This document shows, piece by piece, positions 13,001-24,900 of a stretch of DNA of 64,000 nt. A program made the position numbers and the translations under genes. The notes under the pieces are model-generated. The model saw only the letters and a list, made by a program, of their open reading frames with translations. It was not told where the DNA came from and made no database searches. Within the stretch, counting starts at the first letter, position 1, and each line of letters begins with the position of its first letter. Source of the DNA: Mobula hypostoma (lineage: Eukaryota); contig NC_086101.1 in assembly GCF_963921235.1 (NCBI RefSeq), forward strand, positions 9,922,001 to 9,986,000, written 5' to 3'.

Positions 13001-16000
13001 AATTCATTAAGACTGCTCAAAAGTACATCGTTTAAAATGGAAATTACAGGCTATAGTTTGCAGGACAGTAATACATGGAACATAGAAACATACTCTGTAA
13101 AACACAGAAAATCTACAGCACAATACAGGCCCTTTGGCCTATAATGCTTTGCCAAAAGTGTAGTTAGTTTAAAAATTACCTTGATTTACCCATTGTGCTC
13201 TATTTGTCTAAGCTCCATGTACCTTTCCAGGAGTCTCTTAAAATATCCTATCGTATCCGCCTCCACCAACTTCGCTGGCAACCCATTCCATGCACTCACC
13301 ACTCTCGATGTAAAAAAACTTACCCCTGGCATCTCCTCTGTACCTACTTCCAAGCAGTTTTTTGTGCCTTCTTGTGTTAGGCATTTCAGCCCTGGAAAAA
13401 AGCCTCCGACTATCCACATGATCAATGCCTCTCGTCATCTTACACGAGGGGTGATTGAGAGGGAGTCAATCTTAGAAAACCTAGCACATTTATTTTTCCT
13501 ACATTTACACACTTAGTCCAGCGGTCATGAAGCATACAGATCCTTCTTTGTAGAAGTTGGTGTCTTGGACCTCCAGAAGTGATCCACAGCAGGGGTGATT
13601 GATAAGTTTGTGGCCTAAGGTAGAAGGCGATGAGTTATTAACTTAAAACTTTCTGCATTTTCACTCAAAGAGTTGAACTGCATGTGCATGTAACAGGAGC
13701 TGTATAACTCATCTCCCTCTACCTTCGGCCACAAACTTATCAATCACCCCTGCTGTGGACCACCTGGAGGTCCAAGACGCTCTCGTTACATGCACGTGCA
13801 GTTCAACTCTTTGAGTGATAATGCAGAAAGTTTGAAGTTAATAACTCATCTCCTTCTACCTTAGGCCACGAACTTATCAATCACCCCTGCTGTGGACCAC
13901 TTCTACAAAGAAGGGATCCGTATGCTCCACGACCGCTGGACTAAGCGTGTACATGTAGGAAGGGGACTATATTGAAAAATAAATGTGCTAGGTTTTCTAA
14001 CATTGACATCGTCTACCTTAGGCCATGAACTTATCAATCACCCGTCGTACACCTCTATCAGGTCACCTCTCATACTCTGTTGCTCCAAGGAGAAAAGGCC
14101 AAGTTCACTCAACCTATTCTCATAAGGCATGCTCCCCAATCCAGACCACATCCTTGTAAATCTCCTCTGCACTCCTTCTATAATTCCACATCCTTCCTGT
14201 AGTGAGGTGACCAGAACTGAGCACAGTACTCCAAGTGGGGTCTGACCAGGGACCTATATAGCTGTGACATTACCTCTCAGCTCTTAAACTCAATCCCATG
14301 GTTGATAAAGGCCAAAGCACCACAGAGTCAACCTGCACAGCAGCTTTGAGTGTCCGCTAGATTCGGACCCCAAGATCCCTCTGATCCTCCACACTGCCAA
14401 GAGTCTGACTATTAATACTATACTTGCCATCATATTTGACCTACCAAAATGAACCACCTCACACTAATCTGGGTTGAACTCAGATTTCATGGGCTCTCTA
14501 CTTCCTTTCTTGAATAAGGGAACAACACCTGCAACCCTCCAATCCTCTGGAACCTCTCCAGTCCCCATTGATGATGCAAAGATCATTGCCAGAGGCTCAG
14601 CAATCTCTTCCTTTGCTTCCCACAGTAGCCTGAGGTATATCTCGTCTGGTCACAGTGACTTACCCAACTTGATGTTTTCCAAAAGCTTCAGCACATTCTC
14701 TTTTTCTGCTGTACGTTTCCCTGAAAACATCTGCTCCCAAATTATGCTTCCAAGTTCCTGCCTGAGAGCTTCATATTTTCTCTACTCCAATTAAATGACT
14801 TGTCTGTTCCTATCCCTCTCCAATTCTATGGTAAAGGAGATCACTATCTCCAAAATGTTCTCCCACTGAGAGACCTGACACCAGACCAGGTTCATTTCCC
14901 AACACCAGATCAAATACAGCCTCTCCTCCTGTCGGCTTATCTACATATTGTGTCAGGAAACCTTCCTGAACACACCTAACAAACCCCACCTCATCTAAAC
15001 CCCTTGCTCCAAGGAGATGCCAATCAATATGGGGGAAATTAAAATCTCCCATCACAACAACCCTGTCATTACTGCACTGTTCCAGAATCTGTCTCCCTAT
15101 CTGCTCCTCGACATCCCTGGGTATAAGATAATACCCATTAGAGATATTGATCCCTTCCTGTTTCTAACTTCCACCCACATAAACTCAATAGACAATCCCT
15201 CCATGACTTCGTCCTTTCTGCAGCTGTGACACTATCTCTGATCAGTGGTGCCATGCCCCCACCCCTTTTGCCTCCCTCCCTGTCCTTTCTAAAACATCTA
15301 AAGCCTGGCACTCTTAAGTATCCATTCTTGCCCCTGACCTATCCAAGTCTCTGTAATGGCCACAACATCATAGCTCCAAGTACTGATCAACACTCTAAAC
15401 TCATCCGCTTTGTTCATGATACTCCTTGTATTAAAATAGACACATCTCAAACCATCAGTCTGAGCGCATCCATTCTCTATCACCTATCTATTCTCCCTTT
15501 CACTCTGGCTGCAAGGTTTCTATATATGTGAGCCAACAGCCCCTTTCCCCGTCTCTTCAGTTTGGTTCTCACCCCCCAGCAATTCTAGTTTAAATTCTCC
15601 CCAATAGCCTTATCAAACCTCCCCACCAGGATACTGGTCCCCCTCAGATTCAAGTGCAACCGTCCTTTTTGTACAGGTCACACCTGCCACAAAAGAGGTC
15701 CCAATGACCCAGAAATCTGAATCCCTGCCCCCTGCTCTAATCCCTCAGCCTATTCCAGGCCGGCTGGTTGTGTAGTGACATCAGCACCGGACTTCGGAGC
15801 GAAGGCTCCCGAGTGTGAACCCAGCTGGCTCCCCAGGCGTGCTTTCCATCCGTGCTGGGTTGAGCCTCAAGCTAGCAACTCGAGCTCGTAAAAAAGAAAT
15901 TGCCTTCTACAGAAACATCAACAGCAAAAAGTTGATGGCCTATGCTCTCTGTGAGTTTAAAAAGCAATTTCCTATTTCCTTCACTCTATTCCTATGCTCA

Positions 16001-17794
16001 CTATCGTGAGGGAGCAATCCCGAGATTACTACCTTAGAGGTCCAGCTTCTCAGCTTCCTTCCCAACTCCCTGTAGACTGTTTTCAGGACCTCCTGCCTGT
16101 TCCTACCTATGTCGTTAGTACCAATATGTACCATGACCTCTGGCTGTTTGCCTTCCCATTTCAGGATATCGTGGACGTGATCAGAAACATTCCAGACCCT
16201 GGCACCTGGGAGGCAAACTACCATCGGCATTTCTTTACTGCATCCACAGAATCGCCTGTCTGACCCTCCAACTGTAGAGTCCCCTATCACTGCTGCCATC
16301 CTCTTCCTTTCCCTATCCTTCTAACCCACAGGGCCAGACTCTGAGCCAGAGGCACAACCACTGTTGCTTCCCCCAGGTAGGCCCCCCCCCCACCAACAGA
16401 ACTTATTGTTGAGAGGTTCAGCCATTGGGGTATTTTCTCATATCTGACTCTTGCCTTTCCCTCCCCACTTTTACCCACTTATCTGTCTCTGGAGGTCCCA
16501 GTGTGACTACCTGCCTATAGCCCCTCTCTATCACCTCCTGACTTTCCCTGCCCAGACGAAGGTCACTGAGCTGCATCTCCAGTTCCCTAACCCAGTCCCT
16601 AAGGAGCTGCAGCTCGACGCTCCTGGCACAGATGTGGCCATCTGGGAGCCTGGGAGTCTCCCGAACATCCCAATCTGACACCCAGTGCAGAACACCAGCC
16701 TCGCTGACATACTTCCTATTCCTATTCTTTACAAGTAACTTGCCTCGACCTGTTATCACCGAAGCCCCGTTGAGCCAAAGCCCTCCTACTCTGACTCCCG
16801 CTCTGTAAGGCTGTCTTCTTTTAATATTCTTCATATCTGGTCTAACTCGCTGACGTCCACCCACCTACGCAGTCGTGCCTCAGTCAAACTGCTGAAGAAA
16901 AATTTAAATTCTTCCCGCGGAAGAAATATATACCTAGATTATTTTTTCAGCTGCCTGCAGAACGTTGATGAGGTTTTGAAGTAGTCATCAGGGTTAATTA
17001 CAGAAAGCGATTACAGCAGCTATTCAACCAACATGCCCTTGGGATGTCTGTGCAATTGTCGTGGTCACAGGGAGAACATGCAAACTCCACGCAGACAGCA
17101 CCAGAGGTTAGGATTGAACCCAGGGCACTACAGCTGCAGTACTCTGCTTTGTGCATTAAAGAGAACAAAACTACACAATACTGGAAGTAATGTTCAGGAA
17201 GCCTCACCCGAACTCCGGAAATCTTCTCTTTCTGTTCCTTCTCCATTTCCTCTAGGTCTGATTTCCTTTTTGTGAGAAAGTCGAAGGAAGATTTAACCCG
17301 ATCCTGGGAATTAAAGAATGAATAGATTAGACAGGAAAAAAAACGACTCAACATAAACACGATCGAAAGCGCGTTATTTTTACCTTGTAAACTTCAGTGG
17401 CTTCTTTAATCGGCAAGAAGTTGTGAGACTTGTGCTCCCGCGCATCTCTACAGATCAGGCAGATCAGTTTCCCGTCTGTCTCACAAAACAGCGTTAGTTC
17501 TTTCCCGTGTTTCTCGCAGTGAAGTTTATTTTCCTTCTCTTTCGGGTTCAGGTTTAGTTTTCGAGCTTTCTCAGACAGATTTGCTAAGGCCCGATTGACC
17601 CTGAGGGTGCGGTCTGCAATCTCCTCTCTACATTCTGGGCAGGAGTTTCTCTCCTCCCTTTCCCAACACCGTGTGATACAGGAGCGGCAGAAGTTGTGTC
17701 CACATTCCAGTATAACCGGATCGGTGAAGAAATCCAGGCAGATGGGACAAATTACCTCCTCGGTTAAACTCTCGACCTGTCCTTTCGAAGCCAT
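6969..17794 (-). CDS. TRIM-A: paralogous TRIM E3 ligase, exons 1-5 (17794-17384, 17303-17208, 8712-8479, 7197-7175, 7087-6969); terminal B30.2 exon expected left of the window
   Basis: Exon lengths (411/96/234/23/119), phases and GT-AG sites are identical to TRIM-B; the frame is open throughout. Confidence 0.92.
7175..7197 (-). CDS. TRIM-A exon 4, 23 nt
   Basis: tttcag|GAGGAAGCTCGTCAGAAGAACAG|gtagg. Confidence 0.9.
8479..8712 (-). CDS. TRIM-A exon 3, 234 nt
   Basis: tttgacag|GAACAG...CTCAAG|gtaaga; coiled coil EQSQTLQF...AIFLK. Confidence 0.92.
8880..12870 (-). mobile_element. Degenerate Rex1/Babar-type LINE in TRIM-A intron 2 (interrupted by a solo LTR)
   Basis: APE remnant IVADFNQA...HCYT...KSDHLAVLLLP (12186-12443); RT remnants LSPMLYS and WCHSNSLSLNISKTK; (AAT)n near the 3' end. 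Confidence 0.75.
10346..11496 (+). mobile_element. Solo LTR (Gypsy-like or ERV)
   Basis: TGTTA...TAACA inverted ends, flanks ccgg/ctgg (4-bp TSD with one mismatch), AATAAA at 11378; splits the Rex1 LINE. Confidence 0.7.
13100..16900 (-). mobile_element. CR1 LINE, near full span with internal deletions
   Basis: ORF1 esterase VIGDS...CLPGARV...VHIGTNDIG (15940-16299), APE MGDFNFPHIDW...DLVLGNEPG, and C-terminal FFTSRVVSAWNGLP. Confidence 0.85.
13445..14047. mobile_element. Mariner-derived palindromic non-autonomous element inserted in a CR1
   Basis: Ends cgaggggtgattga / tcaatcacccgtcg at a TA site; mariner transposase C-terminus FYKEGIRMLHDRWTK (~13901-13980) present in both orientations. 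Confidence 0.8.
17208..17303 (-). CDS. TRIM-A exon 2, 96 nt
   Basis: ttcccag|GATCGG...CGG|gtgagg; DRVKSSFDFLTKRKSDLEEMEKEQKEKISGVR. Confidence 0.93.
17384..17794 (-). CDS. TRIM-A exon 1 (RING + B-box), 411 nt
   Basis: MASKGQVESLTEEVICPICLDFFTDP...EVYK|gtaaaa. Confidence 0.95.
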
Positions 17795-17829
17795 GTTAAC
17801 TCCCGCTCCTTGCAGATTCAGGGTACTGT

Positions 17830-17843
17830 ACTTTCACTTCCGG
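17830..17843 (-). promoter_or_regulatory. Candidate ETS/IRF composite element upstream of the TRIM-A ATG
   Basis: Minus strand reads CCGGAAGTGAAAGT (GGAAnnGAAA), about 35 nt before the ATG. Confidence 0.5.
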
Positions 17844-18529
17844 GGAGCTGCTGAACCCATGCAGTTCCGCGATTGTCCACTAGACGCGCTGCAGTCCCGG
17901 GTAACGAACGTTGTTTCCGCAAGTGCTCAGTGGGAAGGAGTTACGGCCGTTTCCACACATGGGTGGGATCAGAAACACGGTAAACAGCCGGAGAGAAGAG
18001 CATGGCTCGGTGTAACACAGGGCTGAAAGGGGCGTGTCCTGAAAAGAGAAACAGACAGTTGATGTTCCAGTTGAAGAATCTCAACCCGAACTTTCGGCTG
18101 TCCATTTCCTTCCACAGATGCTGCCTGACCCGCTGATTCCCTCCAGTATCTCGGTTATTTACCTGTCCATTCATCCATCTATCTATCTATTCATTCATTC
18201 ATGTATTCAGATCGAGGACTAAAGAGAGTCAGACTAGCGGGTAGAATTTTATTGGGGATGTGGGGAGGATGTTGTGTTGCGAGAAGAGAGATGCAGTGAC
18301 GATGGCCGACATGTGGCTTTAGGGAAAAGTACAGGACTGAACAATATCCGTTACAGGCTAGGAAAAAATTCAAATTTTCAGCGGAGTTTGATTTTCACCG
18401 CCCTTCCTGTGAAGAAGCGTTCTGACTTTTTCCCCCTATGACCGTCTCGGTTCCAATGGAAGGTCCCTTTTCCCTCACACTAGACACTGCCCACAAGTTA
18501 AATTATTTTCTAGAAATAAACGTTATTCA

Positions 18530-19170
18530 TATATAAAATATTCACAAGAATTTTGTAAACGGTTTCCTATCTTTACCTATGAATTTACATAGTTATTGCG
18601 TTACGTAGTTTTCTATTTCATTCATTAAAACCAATTGGGCTGCAGTAACTGATGTGGCCTCCAGGGGTCGTTCACTGCTGCATTAATTGGGTTGGGAGCT
18701 TCCTCGCCCAACCTGGCCACTCTCTGTCCAATAGCAGAAAACCGTAATGGCTTCAGAGCGTCCCTCACCACGTACTCCTGCAGCCCGGAACCTGCCAGTC
18801 GGCAGCATTCCTTTACGGATGTCCTGATGACCAACAAGTTTAGGGCAGACCAAACGGCGTCATTCACTGAGCTGATAATCTTTCAGCAGCATTGATGTCC
18901 GGTTTTTTTGTACGTCCCTGGGAGTTCCTCCAGACTAGCACCTTTAGGAAGTCCATCAGGAAGTGGTCAGCACCGAACATGCTGCACACAGCGTCCTCTG
19001 TCACGCAACTGCTCGGGATGAACCGTGACAGAGGCCTCGCATCTTTCTCGACATCCTCTTCCCAAACCCACAGTCGGCAACTTGGTGAGCGACCGTCCTT
19101 TCCTTGCTGCTGTCATCTCGGGCAGCGCGTTGTGGACTGATGCTCCGTGTATGCAGCAAGGAGCAGACTG
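18530..19170 (-). mobile_element. Tx1/L1-clade LINE 3' fragment
   Basis: C-terminal remnant ...DAVWSALNLLV...ECCRLAGSGLQEYVVRDALK; related fragment at ~49580-50030. Confidence 0.6.
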
Positions 19171-19199
19171 GGAGGGCCCCTCCATCTGCCATCTCTCAA

Positions 19200-21900
19200 C
19201 GCATTTATGCAACTGGCCTACTTCGTGCTGTATTCTTTGCCAGTCTTCTACACTCTCCACATTTCCACCAATCTTGGTATAATCCGCAGATTAACTAACC
19301 CATTTATCTGCATTTTCATCCAGGGTGTATATATGTATACACATCACACCACAGCAGAGGTCTCTGCACAGATCCCTGTGGAACTCCAATAATTACAGAC
19401 CTCCAGCTCGAATAAGTCCCTTCAACCACGACCCTTTGTCTTTGATGCACAGCCAGTTCTGTATCCAAACAACCATTTTGCCACGGATCCTTTGAGTCTT
19501 AATCTGCTGGGTTAGCCTCCCATGAGGGACTTTGTCAAATTTCTTGCTAAAATCCATGTAGACAACATCCAACTCTCTACATTTATCGGTCTCTCACGTC
19601 ACCTTATCAAAAATACCATAACTGACGTGAGACTCACCAGTCTATAGTTCCCTTTTTAAACAGAGGTACAACAGTAGCCACTTGCCAGACCTCCGGGACC
19701 TCGCCTGTGCCAAGAGAGGACACAAGCATACTGATCACGACCCAGCAATCCATCCCTTGCCTCCTTCAATAACCTGAGTAAATCCCATCAGGCCCTGGGG
19801 ACTCATCCACCTGAATATTCATCTGGAGATTCAACACTTCCTCCTCCTTGACCTCTACATGCCCTAATGTATTTATACACTCAGCCTGATCTCCTGGTCC
19901 TCCATATCCTTTTCCTTGGTAAATACTGAAACAAAGCACCTCACTCACATTCTCTGCATCCAAGCGAATGTTCCCCTCTTTATCATTGATTGGTCCCTCC
20001 CTCTCTCTAGTTATCTTCTTACTTTTGATGTAGGTATAGAATGCCCTGAGATTCACCTCAATTCTACTTGCCAAGGACTTTTCCTGGCCCTTCCTGGCTT
20101 TCTTAAATCCCATCTTTAGTTTTTCTCTTGCATCTTTATACTCCTCATGTGCTTTGTTTGATCCTAACCTCCAAAGCTTTAAATATTTTTCCCTTTTCTT
20201 CTTGACTTAATTCATCACCTCTCTGGACACCCAAGTTTCTCTCATCCTTTCCTTCTATCAGGAACATACCTTTCTTGTAGTCTGTGCAATTGATCTTTAA
20301 ATACCCTCCACATATCTAAAGTGGACTTGCCAGAGAAAAGGTGTTTCCAATTAATTTTTCTTTGTTCCTGCCTAATGCCCTTGTAATTTGCCTTACTCCA
20401 ATTTTAAACTCCCCTGCAAGGACCATACCTATCCTATCTACAGCTTTCCTTAATGTTCAGGAGTTGTGGTCACTCTTCCCTAATGGCTCACACACTGAAA
20501 GGTCAGTCATCTGGCCAGGCTCATTACGCAACAGCAAGTCCAATACAGTCCCTCCTCCTGTGGACCAGCCACGTATTGATTTAAGAAACCTTCCTGGATA
20601 CACTTAACAAAATCAGCCGCATCTAAACCTCTTACACTAAGAAGATCCCGGCTAACAATAGGGAAATTGAAATCTCCTATGACAACAACCCTATTAGTTT
20701 TACACATTTCCTTAATTGATTACATACCTGTTTATAAATGTCCCAGAGGCTATCAGAGGGTCTGCAGTACAACCCCATCAGTGTGAGTGCATCCTTCCTA
20801 TTCCTGAGTTCTACCCAAATGGACTCCATGTCTGACTCCTCCATTATGTCACCACTGAGTGCAGTTGTGATATTATTCCTGATTAGTAGTGCATCTGCTA
20901 GTCTTGCGAGACCATGGATCTGCGCCTGGAAAGTCTTCAGTCTTCAGGGCGCAGGCCTGGGCAAGGTTGTATGGAAGACTGGCAGTCGTCCATGCTGCAA
21001 ATCTCCTCTCTCTATGACACCAATATTGTCCAAGGGAAGGGCATTAGGACCCATACAGCTTGGCACCAGTGTAGTCACAGAGCACTGTGTGATTAAGTGC
21101 CTTGCTCAAGGACACAACATGCTGCCTCGGCTGGGGCTTGAACTCACGACCTTCAGATCGCTAGTCGAACGCGTTAACCACTTGTTAACCACGTGCCCAC
21201 ACTTAGTAGTGCAACTCCCCCCACTTTTCCCTCCTCCTCTATCTTTTCTAAAACTTTGAAAACCTGGTACATTAATCACCCATTCCTGTCCCTCTCTCAA
21301 CCAAGTTTCAGTAATGGCTACAATATCTTAGTTCCATGTACTGATCTATGCTCTAAAATTCATCAACCTCACCCATAACACTCTTAGCTTTAAAATATAC
21401 ACACTTCAAATTATCCAACCCGTCATAACTGTTAATTCTATTTTGTCTTTCAATATCTTCTCTAACATCAACCTTCTGGTCCAATCCTTCCCTTACTGAC
21501 TTGGGGCTACGGTTCCCCGCCCCTGTTAAAATTAGATTAAACTCTCCCGAGGAGCATCTGCAAACCTTGTGTCCAGGATATTGGTTCCCCACCAGTACAG
21601 CTGCAATCTGTCCCTCTTGCACAGGTCGTCCCTTCCCCAGAAAGGGTTCTGATGATCCAAGAACTTGAAACCCTGTCCCCCACACCATATCCACTCATTC
21701 ATTAATGGTAACACCCCATTCCTACCTGCACTCGCCCGTGATACAGGGAGTAATCTGAAGATTATCACTTTGCAGATCCTGCTCTTAAGCCTCTCTCCTA
21801 ACTCTTTATACTCACTGCATAAGCCCTCTTCCCCTTTTATGTCGATGTCATTAGTGCCAATGCACACCAGGACCTCTGGCTGCTCCCCATCCCCCATGGA
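19200..21900 (-). mobile_element. CR1 LINE fragments
   Basis: RT/APE/esterase remnants (DESPGPDGIY; VVIGDFNFP; PEVLVCIGTNDI). Confidence 0.8.
20894..21202 (-). mobile_element. tRNA-headed SINE with RTE-like body and tail, 11-bp TSD
   Basis: TSD ttagtagtgca at 20883-20893 and 21203-21213; pol III A/B-box-like head; 3' part matches ~62990-63165. Confidence 0.75.
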
Positions 21901-21924
21901 ATATACAGCAGCCGCTCCGATACA

Positions 21925-24900
21925 AAAGACCATAAGATATAGGAGCAGAATTAGACCATTCAGCCCATTGAGTCTGCTCCACCACTCCATCATGGCTGAA
22001 ACTGGATCCCACTCAACTCCATACACCTTCCTTTGATGCCCTGACTGATCAGGATTCAATCAGCATTCTCCCTTAAGTATACCCACGGAATTGGCCTCCA
22101 CCACAGTCTGTACAGATTCACTATTCCCTGGCTAAAAAAAATACTAATGACCTCTGTTCTACAAGGTCAACACTCAATTCTGAGGTGCGGCCCTCTAGTT
22201 CTGGACACCCCCACCATAGGAAACATCATATCCACATCCGCCTTATCTAGTCCTTTCAACTTTCGGTAGGTTTCAATGAGATCCCTACACATTCTTCTAA
22301 ATTCCAGTGAATACGAGCCCAAAGCTGCCAAATGCTCCTCATATGTTAACCCTTTCTTTCCCAGAATGATCCTCGTGAATGTCCTCTACTCTCTCCAGTG
22401 ACAACACACCTTTTCTGAGATATGGGGCCCAAAACTGTTCACAATACTCCAAGTGCAGCCTGACTAGTGTCTCATAAAGTCTCAGCATTATCTCCTTGTT
22501 TTTATACTCTATTCCCCTTGAAATAAATACCAACATTGCATTTGCCTTCTTTACCAGAGACAAACTGTAAATTAACCTCCTGGGAGTCTTGCACGAAGAC
22601 TACTGAGTCCTTTTGCACCTTTGATGCTTGAACTTTCTCCCCATTTAGAGAAGAGTCTGCATTATTGTTCCTTTTATCAAAATGCATTATCATACATTTC
22701 CCAACTCTGTATTCCATCTGCCTCCTTTTTGTCCATCCTTCCAATTTGTCGAAGTCCTGCTGCAGTCACCTTGCTTACTCAGCAGTACCTACCGATCCAC
22801 TTATCTTTGTATCAACTGCAAACTTTACAACAAAACCATCAATTCCATTATCCAAATCATTGACAAACAATGTGAAGAGCAGCGGTCCCAATACTGACCC
22901 CTGAAGAACACTATGAATCACTAGCAGCCAAGCAGAAAAGGCCTCTTTTATTCCCACTCAATGCCTTTGCCTGTCAGCCATTCCTCTATGCATGCCAGTA
23001 TCTTTTCTCCATAGGATTTTATCCTGTTAATCATTTGAGAACAACTACTTCTGTGGGACATATCTATCCTGTGCCTTGTGAACTATTTCCAGAAACTGCA
23101 GCCATCTCTTTTCTGCTGTGATCCCCACCAGTATCCCCTTCCAATCCACCTGAGCAAGCTCCCTCTCATGTCTCATTCCACTTATTCCATTGTGAAACTG
23201 ATATATGTGACTTATGCTTCTCCCTCTCAAGTTACAGTATGAATTCAATGATATTATGATCACTGCCCCCTAAGGATTCCTTTATGTTAAACTGACTAAT
23301 ACATTCTGGGTTATTACACAACACTCAATCTAAAATAGCCTTTCCCCGAGTAGGCTCGAGCACAAGCTGCTCTAAAAAGCCATCTTGTAGGTATTCAAAA
23401 AAATCCCTCTCCTGCGATCCAGCAGCAAGCTGATTTTCCCAATCTCCTTGCATGTTGAAGTCCACCATGACAATTGTGACATTAACCTTACTACAAGCCC
23501 TTTCCAACTCCCTTTGCAATCTCAACACGACATCTCGGCTACTATTTGGAAGCCTATATATGATTCTCATGATGGTTTTTTCACCTTTGTACTTCCTTAA
23601 CTCCACCCAGAAAGATTTGACATACTCTGACCCTATGTCACCTCTTTCTGAAGATGTAATTCTATGTCTTACATACAGAGCCACACCATCGCCTATGCCT
23701 TCCTGCCTGTCCTACCTTTGATGTTAAACTCCCAACTATGACCTTATTTCGGCCACGACACAGTGATGCCCACAACGTCATATCGACCAATTTCTAATTG
23801 TGCCACGATTTCAGCTACCTTATTCCGAAAGCTATGTGTATTTAAATACATCACTTTCAGTCCTGCATTCCTCGCCCTTATGAATTTTGCCTCTGTTGTA
23901 CAACTTAACTGTTTGATCTGTCTGCAGTTGTACCCAATCATTGGCTTGCCCTTCCTTACGTTCATATTACATATTACATCATCTACTTGTATCCCTGCAG
24001 GCTCATCCTCAGCTCTATCATACTGTTTCCCATCACCCGACCATAAGCTGCTCCCAACTGCTTTAGCAGACCTGCCCACAAGGATATAGGTCTCCCTCAG
24101 ATTCAAATGCAAGCTGTCCCTTTTGTACAGGTCACACCTGCCCCAGAAGAGGTCCTCACCTCCAATTCTTCAGCCAAGTGTTTATTTGCCACCTCATTCT
24201 ATTCCTATCCTCACTGTCCTGTGGCACAAGTAGCAATCCCGAGATTATTACCCTTGATGTCCTGCTTCTCAGCTTCCTACCTAACTCCCTGTAGTCTGTT
24301 TTCAGGACCACATCCCTTTTTCTACCTATGTCGTTGGCACCAATATGTACCATTACTTCAGGCTGCTCACCTCCCTTTTCCTAATCGGCTCCCTTTTCCT
24401 AATTGGCTCACCATTATCTGAATGGTGGCCAATTAGGCAAAGGGGAGGTGCAACGAGACCTGGGTGTCATTGTACACCAGTCATTGAAAGTGGGTATGCA
24501 GGTACAACAGGCAGTGAAAAAGGCGAACGGTATGCTGACATTCATAGCAAGAGGGTTCGAGTACAGGAGCAGGGAGGTACTACTGCACTTGTACGACGCC
24601 TTGGTGAGACCACACCTAGAGTATTGTGTGCAGTTTTGGTCCCCTAATCTGAGGAAAGACATACTTGCCATAGAGGGAGTACAAAGAAGGTTCACCAGAT
24701 TGATTCCTGGGATGGCAGGACTTTCACATGATGAAAGACAGGATCGACTAGGCTTATACTCGTTGGAATTTAGAAGATTGAGGAGGGATCTTATTGAAAC
24801 AGATAAAATTCTAAAGGGATTGGACAGGCTAGATGCAGGAAGATTGTTCCTGATGTTGGGGAAGTCCAGAACAAGGGGTCACAGTTTAAGGATAAAGGGG

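Noticed and set aside
13580..14047. CRISPR-like repeat-spacer array
   Set aside because: Repeats are in mixed orientation and are mariner TIR copies in a eukaryotic context.
21125..21200. tRNA gene
   Set aside because: It is a SINE head: it runs into a SINE body, lies within a TSD, and I could not fold a complete cloverleaf.
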